Part shown: in pieces, positions 25,146-38,496 of the stretch
Position numbering within the stretch: position 1 is the stretch's first letter
Layout of the letters: every line of letters starts with the position of its first letter
Origin: Octopus bimaculoides
Taxonomy: Eukaryota
Length of the DNA stretch: 64,000 nt
Direction of reading: 5' to 3'
Assembly: GCF_001194135.2 (NCBI RefSeq)
Contig: NC_068990.1
Coordinates: 32,647,900 to 32,711,899, forward strand
Made by a program: the position numbers and the translations under genes
Notes under the pieces: model-generated
Told to the model about the DNA's origin: nothing
Seen by the model: only the letters and a program-made list of their open reading frames with translations
The model's database searches: none

Positions 25146-25442
25146 AGTAAAAAAAAAGGGGTGTACACTTACTTTCTATGATCACATACCACAGGACATG
25201 CAATGGAGGGTTTGGAAGCAGTTTGGACAATTTCTGGTTGCCATGAAGTCCCAACATGAATACTCATATGTTTGTGCTTGGTAAACAGTGCTAAGTCAGG
25301 GATGAAGTAATGGTAGAGTTAAAAGAGATCAGTTAAATGGAAGGGTAGTGAAATAGATGGAGTTGTGAGATAAATATTTTTGAGTTGTGTCACTTGGTTC
25401 TGATCCCACCAGAATCAACTTCGAGTGTAATCCCTTAAGGGT

Positions 25443-26412
25443 CATACTCGACAGAGTGTAAATACTTTGAGAGAAAAGTTGGACCTAAGAAGCATCAGTT
25501 GTGGTGTGCAAGAGAGATGATTGCGCTGGTATGGTCACTTGGCGAGAATGGATGAAGATAGCTGTATGAAGAAGTGCCACAGCCTAGCAGTTGAGGGGAC
25601 CTGTGGAAGAGGTAGACCCAGGAAGACCTGGGATGAGGTGGTGAAGCACACTCTTCGAACATTAGGCCTCACCAAGGCAATGACTAGTGACGGAGACTTG
25701 TGGAAATATGCTGTGTGTGAGAAGACCCGGTAAGACAAGTGAGACCATATGCCTTGGCCTTTACCAGGGGTGTAGCCAGCCTACCTATGCATGCCTTTCC
25801 TTCTTTGGACACAAAACCCTGCTTGCGAAGACTTGTTGAGGCAAGTGAAACCGAAATTGAACAAAATTTGATGACAGGCACCCATGCCAACCTTCCCTCA
25901 TTGGACACTAAACTCAGCTTGTGAAGACCTGTTGGGGCAAGTGAGATCGAAACTGAACCAAATTTGATGACTGGTACCCGTGCCAGTGGAGCGCTAACAG
26001 CACCATCCGAGTGGGATCACTGCCAGAGCAGCGGTCTTGCTCCTGTGCCGGTGGCATGTAAAAAGCACAATTTGAGCATGATCGATTCCAGCTTCGCCTT
26101 ACTGGCACTTGTGCCGGTGGCATGTGAACAAAACTGTGGACTGACTCCTGTGCAGGTGGGCACATAAAAAACACCATTTGAGCATAACTGTTGCCAGTAC
26201 TACCGGACTGGCCCTCGTGCCAGTGGCACATAACAAGCACCCACTACACTCTCGGAGTGGTTGGCCTTAGGAAGGGCATCCAGCTGTAGAAACTCTGCCA
26301 GATCAGATTGGAGTCTGGTGCAGCCATCCACTTCGCCAGTCCCCAGTCAAATCGTCTAACCCATGCTAGCATGGAAAGCGGATGTTAAATGATGATGATG
26401 ATGATGATGATA
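25443..26412 (+). mobile_element. 5'-truncated RTE LINE: ORF C-terminus plus ~680-bp repeat-containing 3' UTR and (GAT)n tail
   Basis: HTRQSVNTLREKLDLRSISCGVQER*LRWYGHLARMDEDSCMKKCHSLAVEGTCGRGRPRKTWDEVVK...EKTR*. Confidence 0.9.
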
Positions 26413-27109
26413 TATAAATGTATTGTTTGGGACATTCCGTACACTGGATCTCTAACTGGTTTTCATGGTTTCCAGGCAAAGAATTCTTTGCATGGAACCA
26501 ATGGATATTTTAAGAAAGTGTGTCTTTTGCTGTTGCTTTTGTTCTTCCCACATTATCGATCTTTTTATCTCCTTAGCACATATATACATAGATAATACCC
26601 ACTCAGTTACATCTACACCCCATAATGTCTTTTATTGACTGTGGCCATGCTGAAGCACCGCCTTGGAGAATTTTAGTCAAAGAAATCAACCCCAGTACTT
26701 ATATATATATATGTATTCTTTTTTTGGGCTGGTGCTTATTCTATTGGTCTCTTTTGCTGAACTACTAAGTTGTAGGGACATAAACACACCAACACCTGTT
26801 GTCAAGCAGGGAGGGGGACAAACACATACACACATTGCCCTGGGGCTGGGGGTGAAAATGGAGTATTTCTAATGCAGCACTCAACCCAAGCTTTAGGCTG
26901 TCCACACTCTTTGATTATAGTCTTAAGATTGAATTTCTTCAGGTGTAGAAAATCCAGGTGTCACAACAGTAAAACCAATGTATAGGTTTAGTAAAGAGTA
27001 AAATATAATCAAAATAAGAGGACAAAAAAAAAAGAGTTTATTGCATCTTTGGTGACAAGTTGCTGTTGTTTCTGTATCAGTTTGTGCAAGGGTTCCATGT
27101 GAAAATTTA

Positions 27110-27470
27110 CGTAATATTTGCTTGTGTCATGTAAAAAGCACTCAGTCTATTCTGCTGGGTTGTTAGTATTTGGAAGGGCATTCAGCTGTAAAACCCCTGC
27201 CAAAACAGACACAGAAGTCTGGTGCAAGCTCCTACCTGGCCAGCTCCTGTGAAACCATCCAACCCATGCCAGCATGAAGGTGAATGTTAAATGATAATGA
27301 TGATGATAATGAATGATATATATATGACGGACTTCTTTCAGTTTCTAGCAGCCAAATCCACTCACAAGGCTTTGGCTGACCCAAGGCTATAGTAGAAGAC
27401 ACTTGCCCAAAGTGCCACACAGTGGGACTGAACATGGAAGCAAGTTTCTTACCACATAGCCACATCTGTG
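27110..27470. mobile_element. RTE 3' tail (+, ~27110-27310) abutting a SINE A head (-, ~27325-27470)
   Basis: Homology to the respective families elsewhere in the window. Confidence 0.7.
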
Positions 27471-28732
27471 TCAATTTAAAAAAAAAAAACTTTCAAAATT
27501 ACAGTTATTATAACAAATTTTTAATGTAATCTCAATTCTCAATTTTTGGTTTATTTTCGATGAAATTTTTCACAGCTACCCACAAACAACTCCAACAGTA
27601 AAATGTCCCAACTTGCTGTTTCTTGAGGTCTCTCAAAACTTGGAATAACTTGCATAAAACAAAGGAACAAAACTAAATGCTTAATAACAAGGATGAGGAT
27701 TATGATACATGAGGATGTAGATGCTGCTACTGATGAAGGTGATAATGATAAAAATAGTAGTAGTAGTAGTAGTAGTAGTTGTTGGTGTAATAGTTATGTC
27801 TGGATTCAGGTCATTAATTATGGGTATTTCTTTTTGGAATTTCTAAATGGATAAAAAAAAAAAAAAAAAGACAAAGATAACCTCAGTAAGATTTGAACTC
27901 AAAACACTCAAATAAGATAAAAATTTAAATACGATAAAGATTTTTAGTCGATTTCTTTAATGTCTAAACCATTTCTATCATTCGATATAATAATAATAAT
28001 AATAACAACAACAATAATAATAATAATGATGATGATGACGATGATGATAAAGATATAATGATGATGATGATATTAATAAAAATAGTAGTGGTAGTGGTGG
28101 TGATAGTAGTAGTAATAATAGTAGTAGTTATAATGATGAAAGAAACTTGGAAATATAAACTGGCAGAATTAGAATTTAGATGAGGTAAAGGGGAAAAAAG
28201 CCAACAACTTTAAAATTAAAAAGCAAATTGAAAATAAAGTGAGAATTCTGAGAGAGAGAAAGAGAAAGGGGGGGGGGTATGAAACAAGTTGGACTTACGC
28301 AAGAGATCAGAAAAGAGCAGGAATTAAACAGACATAAATAAACATGAAATGCGGAATCGGATTAAGAAAGAAAGAAACCAAAACAACAACCCCAAAACAA
28401 GATGTCAGAAGTAAGTGTTGGATAAATAATGTCAGTTCAGTGAAAAGTAAAGAAATAAGATGTTTAGCAATTGTCTTTGAGACTAACTTTAGAGTGACTT
28501 ACTTTAGCAGAGTTTAACTTCCTTTCTCATATGGTGATTCTAATGTTTATTTGTTTTTGTTGTTGCGAATCATCATGCCTGAATGTATTTGTGTGCAGGA
28601 GAGAAGTTCAGATGTTCCAGCATGGCTAACTGATTGAGACTACTGGTTGTGGAGGCATGGCTACAGTGGTGAACATCAAAAGATCAATCTTCTCTACTAG
28701 CATTATATTGTCATATATATATATATATATTA

Positions 28733-28948
28733 AGACAGTGAGATGGCAGAACCATTAGCATGCTGGACAAAATGCTTAGTGGCATTTAGTCAGTTTTTAC
28801 ATTCTTAGTTCAAATTCTGCTGCTGTTGACTTTGCCCTTCATTCTTTCAGAAGCTGATAAATAAGTACCAGATAAATACTGCAGGTTGATATAATCGATT
28901 CCCTTCTCCCACCAAATTTTGGGCCTTGTGCCTATAGTAAAAAGGATT
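28733..28948 (+). mobile_element. SINE family B copy
   Basis: Homologous to 3255-3475. Confidence 0.8.
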
Positions 28949-28996
28949 ATTTTGTCATATGATATTATGTTGTTATATATGTGTGTATGTGTGAGC

Positions 28997-29733
28997 ATGA
29001 TGAGGATAGCTGTGTGAAAAAGTGCCACAACCTAGCGGTTGACGGAATCTGTGGAAGAGATAGACCCAGGAAGACCTGGGATGAGGTGGTGAAGCACAAC
29101 CTTCGAACATTAGGCCTCACCAAAGCAATGACTAGTGACCGAGACCTTTGGAAATATGCTGTGTGTGAGAAGACCCGGGAAGACAAGAGGAGACCATAAC
29201 CCATGGCCTTTACCAGGGGTGTAGCCAGCCCACTTATGCGTAACTTTCCTTCCTTGGACACAAAACCCTGCTTGCAAAGACCTTTTGAGGCAAGTGAAAT
29301 CAAAATCGAAATTGAACCAAATTTGATGACTGGCACCCATGCCAACCTTCCCTCATTGGACACTAAACTCAGCTTGTGAAGACCTGTTGGGGCAAGTGAG
29401 ATCAAAACTGAACCAAATTTGATGACTGGCACTCGTGCCAGTGGAGCGCTAACAGCACCATCCAAGTGGGATCACTGCCAGAGCAGCGGTCTCACTCGCG
29501 TGCTGGTGGCACGAAAAGAGCATCATTTGAGCGCGATTGTTTCCAGCTTTGCCTTACTGGTACTTGTGCTGGTGGCACGTAAAAACATCATTTGAGTGTG
29601 GCCGTTGCCAGTACTGCCGGACTGGCCCTCATGCCAGTGGCATGTAAAAAGCACCCACTACACTCTTGGAGTGGTTGGCCTTATGAAGGGCATCCAGCTG
29701 TAGAAACTCTGCCAGATCAGATTGGAGTCTGGC
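28997..29733 (+). mobile_element. Second 5'-truncated RTE LINE copy, running into a gap
   Basis: DEDSCVKKCHNLAVDGICGRDRPRKTWDEVVKHNLRTLGLTK...; 3' UTR collinear with 25740-26330. Confidence 0.9.
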
Positions 29734-30114
29734 NNNNNNNNNNNNNNNNNNNNNNNNNNNNNNNNNNNNNNNNNNNNNNNNNNNNNNNNNNNNNNNNNNN
29801 NNNNNNNNNNNNNNNNNNNNNNNNNNNNNNNNNNNNNNNNNNNNNNNNNNNNNNNNNNNNNNNNNNNNNNNNNNNNNNNNNNNNNNNNNNNNNNNNNNNN
29901 NNNNNNNNGTGTTCATAACTGATGCAGAGTTGGTGACCTGTGTTTTCTGTTTGCCTTGTGTATTGTTTGTTTATTTACTACATATTTCTTTGAATTATAT
30001 TTATATAGGTATGTCATATTTTCCGTTTGTTGCCTTCTATTTATTTAATCCTGAAAATATTATGTAGTGCATGCACTCCTTAATTTTTTACCTATATATA
30101 TATATATATATATA

Positions 30115-30270
30115 TAGGCTTCTTTCAGTTTCTGTCTACCAAATCCACTCACAAGGTTTTGGTTGGCCAAAGACTATAGTTGAAAACAATTGCCCAATGT
30201 TCCACACAGTGGAACTGAACCCAAAACCATGTGGTTGGGAAGCAACGTTCTTACCACACACCCACACCAT
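30115..30270 (-). mobile_element. SINE family A head half
   Basis: Reverse complement of the family A 5' half. Confidence 0.75.
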
Positions 30271-30776
30271 ATATATGTGCCCCAGTATATTTACATGTAT
30301 CTGTCCAAAGTGAGAAATTTTATGTCTTTCCATGGTAAAATACGGTGAATGGCTTTCTTACAGGTTTGAATATGTCTGAAGCATACTTTTATACATCACT
30401 GTTTACACTGTCATCTCATATTTTGTTTACAGTGAACCACTGAATAGCGCAACCAGTCATTCAGTGATGATGCAAATATCAAAAGAGGCACCCGTCTCTC
30501 GTGTCAGTTCACAGTGCCTCCCTTTCTGCTCTTTGTAGCTGAAGAGGAGATAACCACTCTGAAATGCATGCATCCCACCGTCTGATTATAAGTCACAGTG
30601 AGCTGACTCAGTGTGTTTGCACCTATTTGTCAACAGCAAGAAATTCTCTCCATGACAAAATGGCTTTCATAGGAGTTTGTATTTATACACATCACTGTTT
30701 AGTTATGTTAGTACACATATCATTATCATCATCATCATTGTTTAGCATCTGCTTTCCATGCTGGCATGGATTAGAC

Positions 30777-31072
30777 CAATGCTTCTCAAACTATTTGATG
30801 TGGTGTATTGGCAGTTTTTTTTTCAATGTGTCAGGGACCGGTAATATTTCTTAGTAATATTAATTTATACCGGAAACGATGTATATATATATATAATGAA
30901 TATAATAAAAGTTGACAATTTTTTAATATTTTATATATTTTGTAAACAAATAATACAACATTATATAAGCATTTTATAACGTTTCTTTCTTTTCTGGAAG
31001 CTTGCCATGTACCGGCAGCTGATGGCTCACGAACTGGTGCCGGTCTGTGAGCCACCACTTTGAGTAGCACTG
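30777..31072. mobile_element. hAT-type MITE (296 bp) inserted in an RTE tail
   Basis: 15-bp TIRs CAATGCTTCTCAAAC / CTTTGAGTAGCACTG; 8-bp TSD GATTAGAC (30769-30776) / GATTAGAT (31073-31080). Confidence 0.85.
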
Positions 31073-31689
31073 GATTAGATAATTTGACTAGAACTTACAA
31101 ACCAGAGCACTGTACCAGGCTCCAGTCTGGTTTGGCTTTTACTCTATATCAATTTTTTAGATATCACATAGTCATTTGTAAATACAACATGATTGTTTAT
31201 TTGAAAACATTCTATTGTATCAAATTACTAATTAACTTAGTTTTATATCACAAATAGTTTGTATTCTTCATAGTCATTATTTTCTTTTTGTGAAGCAATA
31301 ACTGATTAAATAAGGAATACGTTCTAAAGACTACACATCTAAATGATGGCCAGATTTAAAAATAATAAAAATTTATAAGTTAAGCATATTGGATGCCCTT
31401 CCATATGCCAACCAACCCACAGAGAGTAATGGGTGCCTTTTACATGTCACCAGCATGGGTGCTTTTTATGTGTCACTGGCACAAGCAACTTTTATTTATC
31501 ACCAGCGCTGACCACCAACTATGATACATACATACATACATACATACATGTGCATATCCAAGATTTATTTGTTTAACAACTGAATGAATTTAATAAAAGC
31601 ATCTCAATATGAAACACCACGAAAATTGTTCAAACTGAAGTTCTAAGTCGTTCTTGATTGACACATTTTTCCATTCAAGTCAATACAGA

Positions 31690-31750
31690 ATTACAGATAG
31701 TATTTATGGAATTTTGATTTACTGTGGGGTGACTTTTGGCCAACCCTGTA
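31690..31750 (-). mobile_element. Solo end of the Tc1/mariner family seen at 34125-34362
   Basis: GATTTACTGTGGGGTGACTTTTGGCCAACCCTG followed by TA. Confidence 0.7.
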
Positions 31751-33103
31751 TATGAATATATAATATATTGTGACCTGTGCCCACCTCCTCCAACTAATTA
31801 CACCTGAAATTCCTCTTCTTATCTTATGTGTCACACTGCTTCCTTCACCAAATTATATATATAAGGTATATATAATATGTATATAATATAAAATGTATAT
31901 TATATATATCATATAACATATGTATATATTATATACATATATATATATTACATATACACATATATGTAACATAGATATGATACATATATGTATAAAATAT
32001 ACATAACATGTATATAGTATATATATTAAATATATATTATATGTACATATGTATTATATAAATGTATACACACACACACACACACACACATACACACATG
32101 TACCTATATATATATACATGAATGCTTGTGCTTATCAATTTATGTTCTCCCTACATATGTATGATTATGTATGTTTGTGTGTGTGCGGTGGGGGAGGTAT
32201 GTGTGCGGATGCATGCTTGTGCATGAATGTGAGACAATATGTCGGGAGAGAAGTACAGATAAGTGCAGTGAAATGTATCATGTGGTTACATGGTTGGGAA
32301 TAATTCTGACATGAATCTAGAGACATATTTAGGCAGAAGTTTTGTTCCAAGCAAATTAAAACACATCCTTGCTTCCTCTAACATAACTTGATTATCATAC
32401 CTTTTCAGTGAACAGTGAAAAATGTTCTTGGAATCGACATGTTTACAATAAACTTCTGTCTATACTTATTACAAGTTTGCATTGCTGGTTCAGTTCAAGA
32501 AAACCTGACATATCACTAAGAGTAGTTGTGGTGGTGGTGGTGGTGGTTGTATGTTGTAGTGGTGGTGGCAGTGATGAAAGTGGTGATGGTAGAAGCGTGT
32601 GTGTTTGTGTGTCAGTAGAAGTTTTTAGTTACAGTGATTTCATTTATTTTCTCCTTGTATTGTTTTGTTTTTTTATGGTTTTAATGGATTCCTAGAAATT
32701 TGTGTAAGGAAGTGTAAAAAGAAGAATGGTATGGTTTCTTAGAGTTAATCCTTGCCTGTATTATAATATTTCATCTTCGTACAATATATGGTTGAATAGA
32801 TTGATATATTCAACATCCAACTAGTTTGCTTGGCGTTGCGGAAATATTGTCATATATTTTAGACAATGCATTCGCTTTAATTCATACTGATATTAGGAGT
32901 AAACAGAGTGATAATCTTTGGGCAATTGGGACTGTGTTTTATCCAGGAGGAGATGTATTTCACATCTTCTAACATTAACTATAGCAACACCCTTGCTCTT
33001 ATGAGCTTTCGTGGAAAATGGATATGTCAGATTAATTTCTGATTACAGAGAAAGTGGTTAGCTATAAATTCCTTAATTCTGTATGAGAATACAGGGTTAA
33101 GGA

Positions 33104-33153
<50 letters not shown>

Positions 33154-33329
33154 NNNNNNNNNNTGTGTGTGCGTGCGTGCGTGCGTGTGTGTGTGTGTGT
33201 GTCTCTCTCTCTTTTGGCTATATGTATTATTACTACTCACAGGTCACAACTTATATAATAGTGAATGTAAATGCAATCAGGCACACATACACATACCAAT
33301 ATACATACATATGTACATACATGTGTGCG

Positions 33330-33376
<47 letters not shown>

Positions 33377-33799
33377 AAAATAATATATATATATGTATGT
33401 ATGTATATGATGATGATGAGATTCTTTCAGTTTCTGTCTACCAAGTCCTCTTGGTCAGCCTGGAACTATAATAGAAGAAGACACTTGTCAAAGGTGTAGT
33501 ACAGTGGAACTGAACCTGAAACCATGTGGTTGGCAATCAAACTTAACAACCATCCAGACATTTAATTATTTTTTTGACATAAGATTACTGAATTTCTATG
33601 AAATCTGTTCTTGTGTGCTTTTAATATTTTTCTTTCAAATTCATTTTTCAATGTGTGCTGTAATTTGGTGTTAATTAAATCAACTATGACACTCACATAA
33701 ATAGCCTGTTGTCATGGTTATACTACCTTATATAGCATGATAACTATAACTACTTCCCACACACACTGGTGAGATTAATGTTGTTGATATTAGGATTAA

Positions 33800-34022
33800 G
33801 CTCGGTAGCAAGCTGGCAGAATCATTAGCATGCCTGGCAAAATGTTTAACTGCACTTCATCTGTCTTTACATTCTGAGTTTGAATTCTGCCAAGGTTGAC
33901 TTTGTCTTTCATCCTTTTGGGGGTTGATAGAATAGCTACCAGCTGAACACTGGAGATGATGTAATCGACTTAACTCATTCAGGTGGAATTGCTGGCTTTG
34001 TGCCAAAATTTGAAATCAATAT
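33800..34022 (+). mobile_element. SINE family B copy
   Basis: Homologous to 3255-3475. Confidence 0.8.
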
Positions 34023-34124
34023 TAAAATAAAGCTTTTGTAGATTGTATTAATAGGATGAGAAGATATTTTGTAGAAATGTGATTATGAGAAAAGGGGATT
34101 TAGTGAAAAAGGAAGTGTGACATA

Positions 34125-34362
34125 CAGGGTTGGCCAAAAGTCACCCGACAGTAAATCAAGATTCCATAAATACTTAATATTCACTTTTATTTATTCATTC
34201 CAATCATGAATGTTTAATAATTAAATGCTGTGAGTTAAGAATCACTCTTTCTTTTCAACATTTGTCTATTTATTAGCAAAGTCTCATATCAAATAATTTT
34301 TTGTTTCAATCCTGGAATTAAATGGTTTTGATTTACTGTCAGGTGACTTTTGGCTAACCCTG
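34125..34362. mobile_element. Tc1/mariner-type MITE (238 bp)
   Basis: ~34-bp TIRs CAGGGTTGGCCAAAAGTCACCCGACAGTAAATCAA / TTGATTTACTGTCAGGTGACTTTTGGCTAACCCTG, with TA on both sides. Confidence 0.88.
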
Positions 34363-34739
34363 TATAAGAAAAGATAAGAGGAGGAATTTTGGGTGTAATG
34401 GGTAGGATGAGGTGGGTGCAGATCACAACTTGAAATTTTAGAGTAGAGGCTGTTGTAGAAGCAGGAGAATAGTCTGAGAGGAGACACAGTAAGCTAATTA
34501 TCAACCTCGTTTAATGTCTGTTTTCCATGCTGGCATGGGTTGGATGATTTTACAGGAACTGGTAAGCTAGAGAACTGTGCTAAGCTTCATCAGCTTTGGC
34601 ATGGTTTCTAGCAATTATATTTTCAGAACATCCTCCTCCACTGTTAATTTGGTCACCAAGGTAAAAAAAAATCAATCTACAACCTCTAGGAAGCCTCCTA
34701 GATATTTGAGAATATATAATTTCCATGTGTTCTTAGTGT

Positions 34740-35555
34740 TTACTGCTCCTATGCATCTCTATTAACCTATCTGTGATTCCACTTCACCTGTTATGTGTCC
34801 ATAGCTTGCTCTGAATGCATCAAATGGAATTCCTTTCAACACCTTTTCTATATATTGAGCAGGACCATTTATCTGACAGAAAGAGTTGTGTCTGCTTTCT
34901 TGCTAGCTACAACTTTGGTCTTTGCTAGCTTAACTTTCAGGTTCATGATTCCAGGTTTTGCTTTCATATCTGGAATTTCTTTTCCAGTTCTGCTACAGAT
35001 TCTGCTGTAAGTATGATATCATCAGCACATAGCACTTTGCATGGACGGTCAGTCTTAAATTCATCTGTTCTGTCCTGGAGGACTTATGATGAATAAGAAG
35101 GAACTGAGGACTGGTAAAACTCCTAGTTGTACACTAAATTCATCACTGCACTCATGGCTGACTCTCATCCCACTGAGCCCCTATACATTGCTTGTATGGC
35201 TCTCACAAGCTATTTGTTTACTCCTAAGGTCCATAGAGACCAGCATGTAATAGAATGAGGGACTCTTTCAAAGGCTGGCTCCAGGCTGATGAATACCAAG
35301 TACAAAGAATGAATTTCAGCTCGATACTTCCCATGCAGATATCTCATTAGGAAGATGGTTCACAATCAAACTGCATCACATTTAGTCTAATTCTGTTCCT
35401 ATTCAACTGGGCTATAACTCTCTTTGTAACTACCATAACCTGGACCAGGAATTTGATACCTCTGTACTTGTTTCTATTCAAGGCATCTCCTTTACCCTTG
35501 TAGCAGCTAACTATAATGCTGCTATATGACGTCTTCCTGTACCACTTGACTGACT
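34740..35555 (-). mobile_element. Decayed RTE LINE reverse transcriptase fragment
   Basis: Minus-strand peptides SIIVSCYKGKGDALNRNKYRGIKFL...KRVIAQL and KVLCADDIILTAESVAELEKKFQI (ADD catalytic motif region). Confidence 0.8.
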
Positions 35556-35707
35556 ATATGACTTTACTTGCCTTCGTATCTGCAATTGCTTTATCTATCA
35601 CACTGTTGTTAACACTAATGACTGGTTGTGTAACAGTGTGAGATATGTTAGCAGAGCTAAAATGTGGGGGCTTTTTTGTGTTCTGTATATAATCAAGTTT
35701 TCTGCAT

Positions 35708-36160
35708 AGGTGAAGGAGTGGCTGTGTGGTAAGTAGCTTGCTTACCAACCACATGGTTCCGGGTTCAGTCCCACTGTGTGGTACCTTGGGCAAGTGTCTT
35801 CTACTATAGTCTCGGGCTGACCAAAGCCTTGTGAGTGGATTTAGGAGACGGAAACTGAAAGAAGACGTTGTATATATGTACATGTATGTATATATGTGTG
35901 TGTGTTTGTGTGTCTGTGTTTGTCCCCCCAACAGCGCTTGACAACCGATGCTGGTGTGTTTACGTCCCCGTAACATAGCGGTTTGGCAAAATGAGACCGA
36001 TAGAATAAGTACTAGGCTTACAAANNNNNNNNNNAAATGAGACCGATAGAATAAGTACTAGGCTTACAAAGAATAAGTCCTGGAGTCGATTTGCTTAACT
36101 AAAGGAGGTACTCCAGCATGGCCGCAGTCAAATGACTGAAACAAGTAAAAGAGTAAAAAA
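35708..36160 (+). mobile_element. SINE family A, full-length copy containing a 10-N gap
   Basis: Homologous to 328-723. Confidence 0.85.
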
Positions 36161-36829
36161 GTGGTTTATTAACAGTCATATTTCTGATCACTGATAACAC
36201 AATATCTGGTGTTAAAATACAAGTATTCCACATGGTTTATATACACTAGTTCTACGAAAAATTATGCCAACTCTAAAAACCCAGACATTCTTCCCATGCA
36301 GCACCTTGAAATTTGCTCCCACTTGCCCATGTTCTTGAGTTCTCAATACTATGAAGGGGCAATATTGGCTGGCTTGAGAACCAGTTGTATAGTGGAAGTC
36401 TCGCCTTTGTGACACAGTTTTAGCAATGTTGTATGTTTGGACAATTGAACTACAGCAATTGTCCTCCTTAATAGCAATCATGAAAAATATGTAACATAAT
36501 TTTGGATCCTTGTTACATTACATATAATTAGCTTCAAATAATACATTGCTGAAAACTGAAAGCCAAGGTTTATAAATATTAATGATGACAACAATAACAA
36601 TAATAATAATTCTTTCTACTACAGATACAAGACCTGAAATGAAATTTTGGTGGGAGGGTGTTAGCCAGTCTCATCAATATCAGTAATTGACTGGACAAGT
36701 ACTTTCTTTTATCAACTTTGAAAGTATGCAAGCAAAAGTTGTCCGCAGTGGGGTTTGAACTCAAAATGCAAAAAGGTGGAAAAAGCATTGGTAATCCATT
36801 TGTGTGAAGTATATATGTAGGTGTGTGTG

Positions 36830-36862
<33 letters not shown>

Positions 36863-37034
36863 CTACATATATACTTATGTCAGGATAAAAGACACAGACC
36901 TCTGTTACAATGCAGCTTTGAAAATAGTAAAGTGTCAAAAATGGTAATGACATGTAGGAATGCATGCAGATATATAACACATAGACACCACACACACACA
37001 CACATGTGTATGTACATATATATGTGTGTATGTA

Positions 37035-37089
<55 letters not shown>

Positions 37090-37358
37090 NNNNNNNNNNN
37101 NNNNNNNNNNNNNNNNNNNNNNNNNNNNNNNNNNNNNNNNNNNNNNNNNNNNNNNNNNNNNNNNNNNNNNNNNNNNNNNNNNNNNNNNNNNNNNNNNNNN
37201 NNNNNNNNNNNNNNNNNNNNNNNNNNNNNNNNNNNNNNNNNNNNNNNNNNNNNNNNNNNNNNNNNNNNNNNNNNNNNNNNNNNNNNNNNNNNNNNNNNNN
37301 NNNNNNNNNNNNNNNNNNNNNNNNNNNNNNNNNNNNNNNNNNNNNNNNNNNNNNNNNN

Positions 37359-37403
<45 letters not shown>

Positions 37404-37490
37404 TCTTTATACTTTTCTTTTATTTGTTTCAGTCCTTTGATAGCAGCCATGCTGATACATACATAGTATATATTTATATATAAATATAAT

Positions 37491-37628
37491 CATCATCATT
37501 TAAGGTCTGTGTCTTTTATGCTGACATAAGTATATATGGAGGTGTGTGTGTGTATATATATATATACACACACACACCTACATATATACTTATGTCAGCA
37601 TAGAGGACACAAACCTTAAATGATGATG
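37491..37628. repeat. ~138-bp near-perfect hairpin centred on (TG)n(TA)n(CA)n
   Basis: CATCATCATTTAAGGTCTGTGTCTTTTATGCTGACATAAGTATATATG... pairs with ...CATATATACTTATGTCAGCATAGAGGACACAAACCTTAAATGATGATG (about 4 mismatches). Confidence 0.9.
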
Positions 37629-37712
37629 AATACACACACAAATATATATGTGTATTTATACATGTATATATATATCATACATACACATATATATGAATAT
37701 ATGTGTGTGTGC

Positions 37713-37755
<43 letters not shown>

Positions 37756-37947
37756 TATATGCATTGTGTGTGTGTATGCATGTGTGCATGTGTGTGTATT
37801 TATGGCAAAATTTGTGTATGAAGGTTTATTCAATCCCTGACTTAGCAGGAGAAGTCACCTTAAACAAGTATCTTATTTAAATGTATGCATATTTGTATTC
37901 ATTTGTGTATGTGCCTCTGTGTGTGTGTATGTGTGTGTGTATGTATG

Positions 37948-37985
<38 letters not shown>

Positions 37986-38465
37986 CACACACACATACTT
38001 ACATATATATATATATATTCACACATACGCACACATAAAGATCCCATATACACAATACTGATTATTATTCTTCTGCATGCTCACTTTAGACAGAAATGGC
38101 TTTCATTAGAAAAGTGGTAGGTTATTGAAAAATTATGTAATGGCATGACTATATATTGTATGTGTATATGTATGTAAGGTAGGCATGTGATGACCATGCA
38201 CTGAGTGTGTATATTGTATATATTGTAACACAGAAGAATGGTAAATTTATTACTTCCAGAGATAGAACAAATTTAGATAGGAGTATTGGTTATTTGGTTA
38301 TGTGTGTGTGTGTGTGTGTTCATGTGTGTGTTTAGCTATTCAATATCATACATCATTTATGTATGTATGTGTTCATATGAAAGCTGGCATGTAAGTGATA
38401 GGTATATGACTGCATATGTGTGTGTACATGAGTGTGTCTCTGTGTGTGTGTGTGTATGTATGTAT

Positions 38466-38496
<31 letters not shown>

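Noticed and set aside
35989-36070. 36-bp exact repeat around a 10-N gap in a SINE
   Set aside because: Scaffolding overlap artefact.
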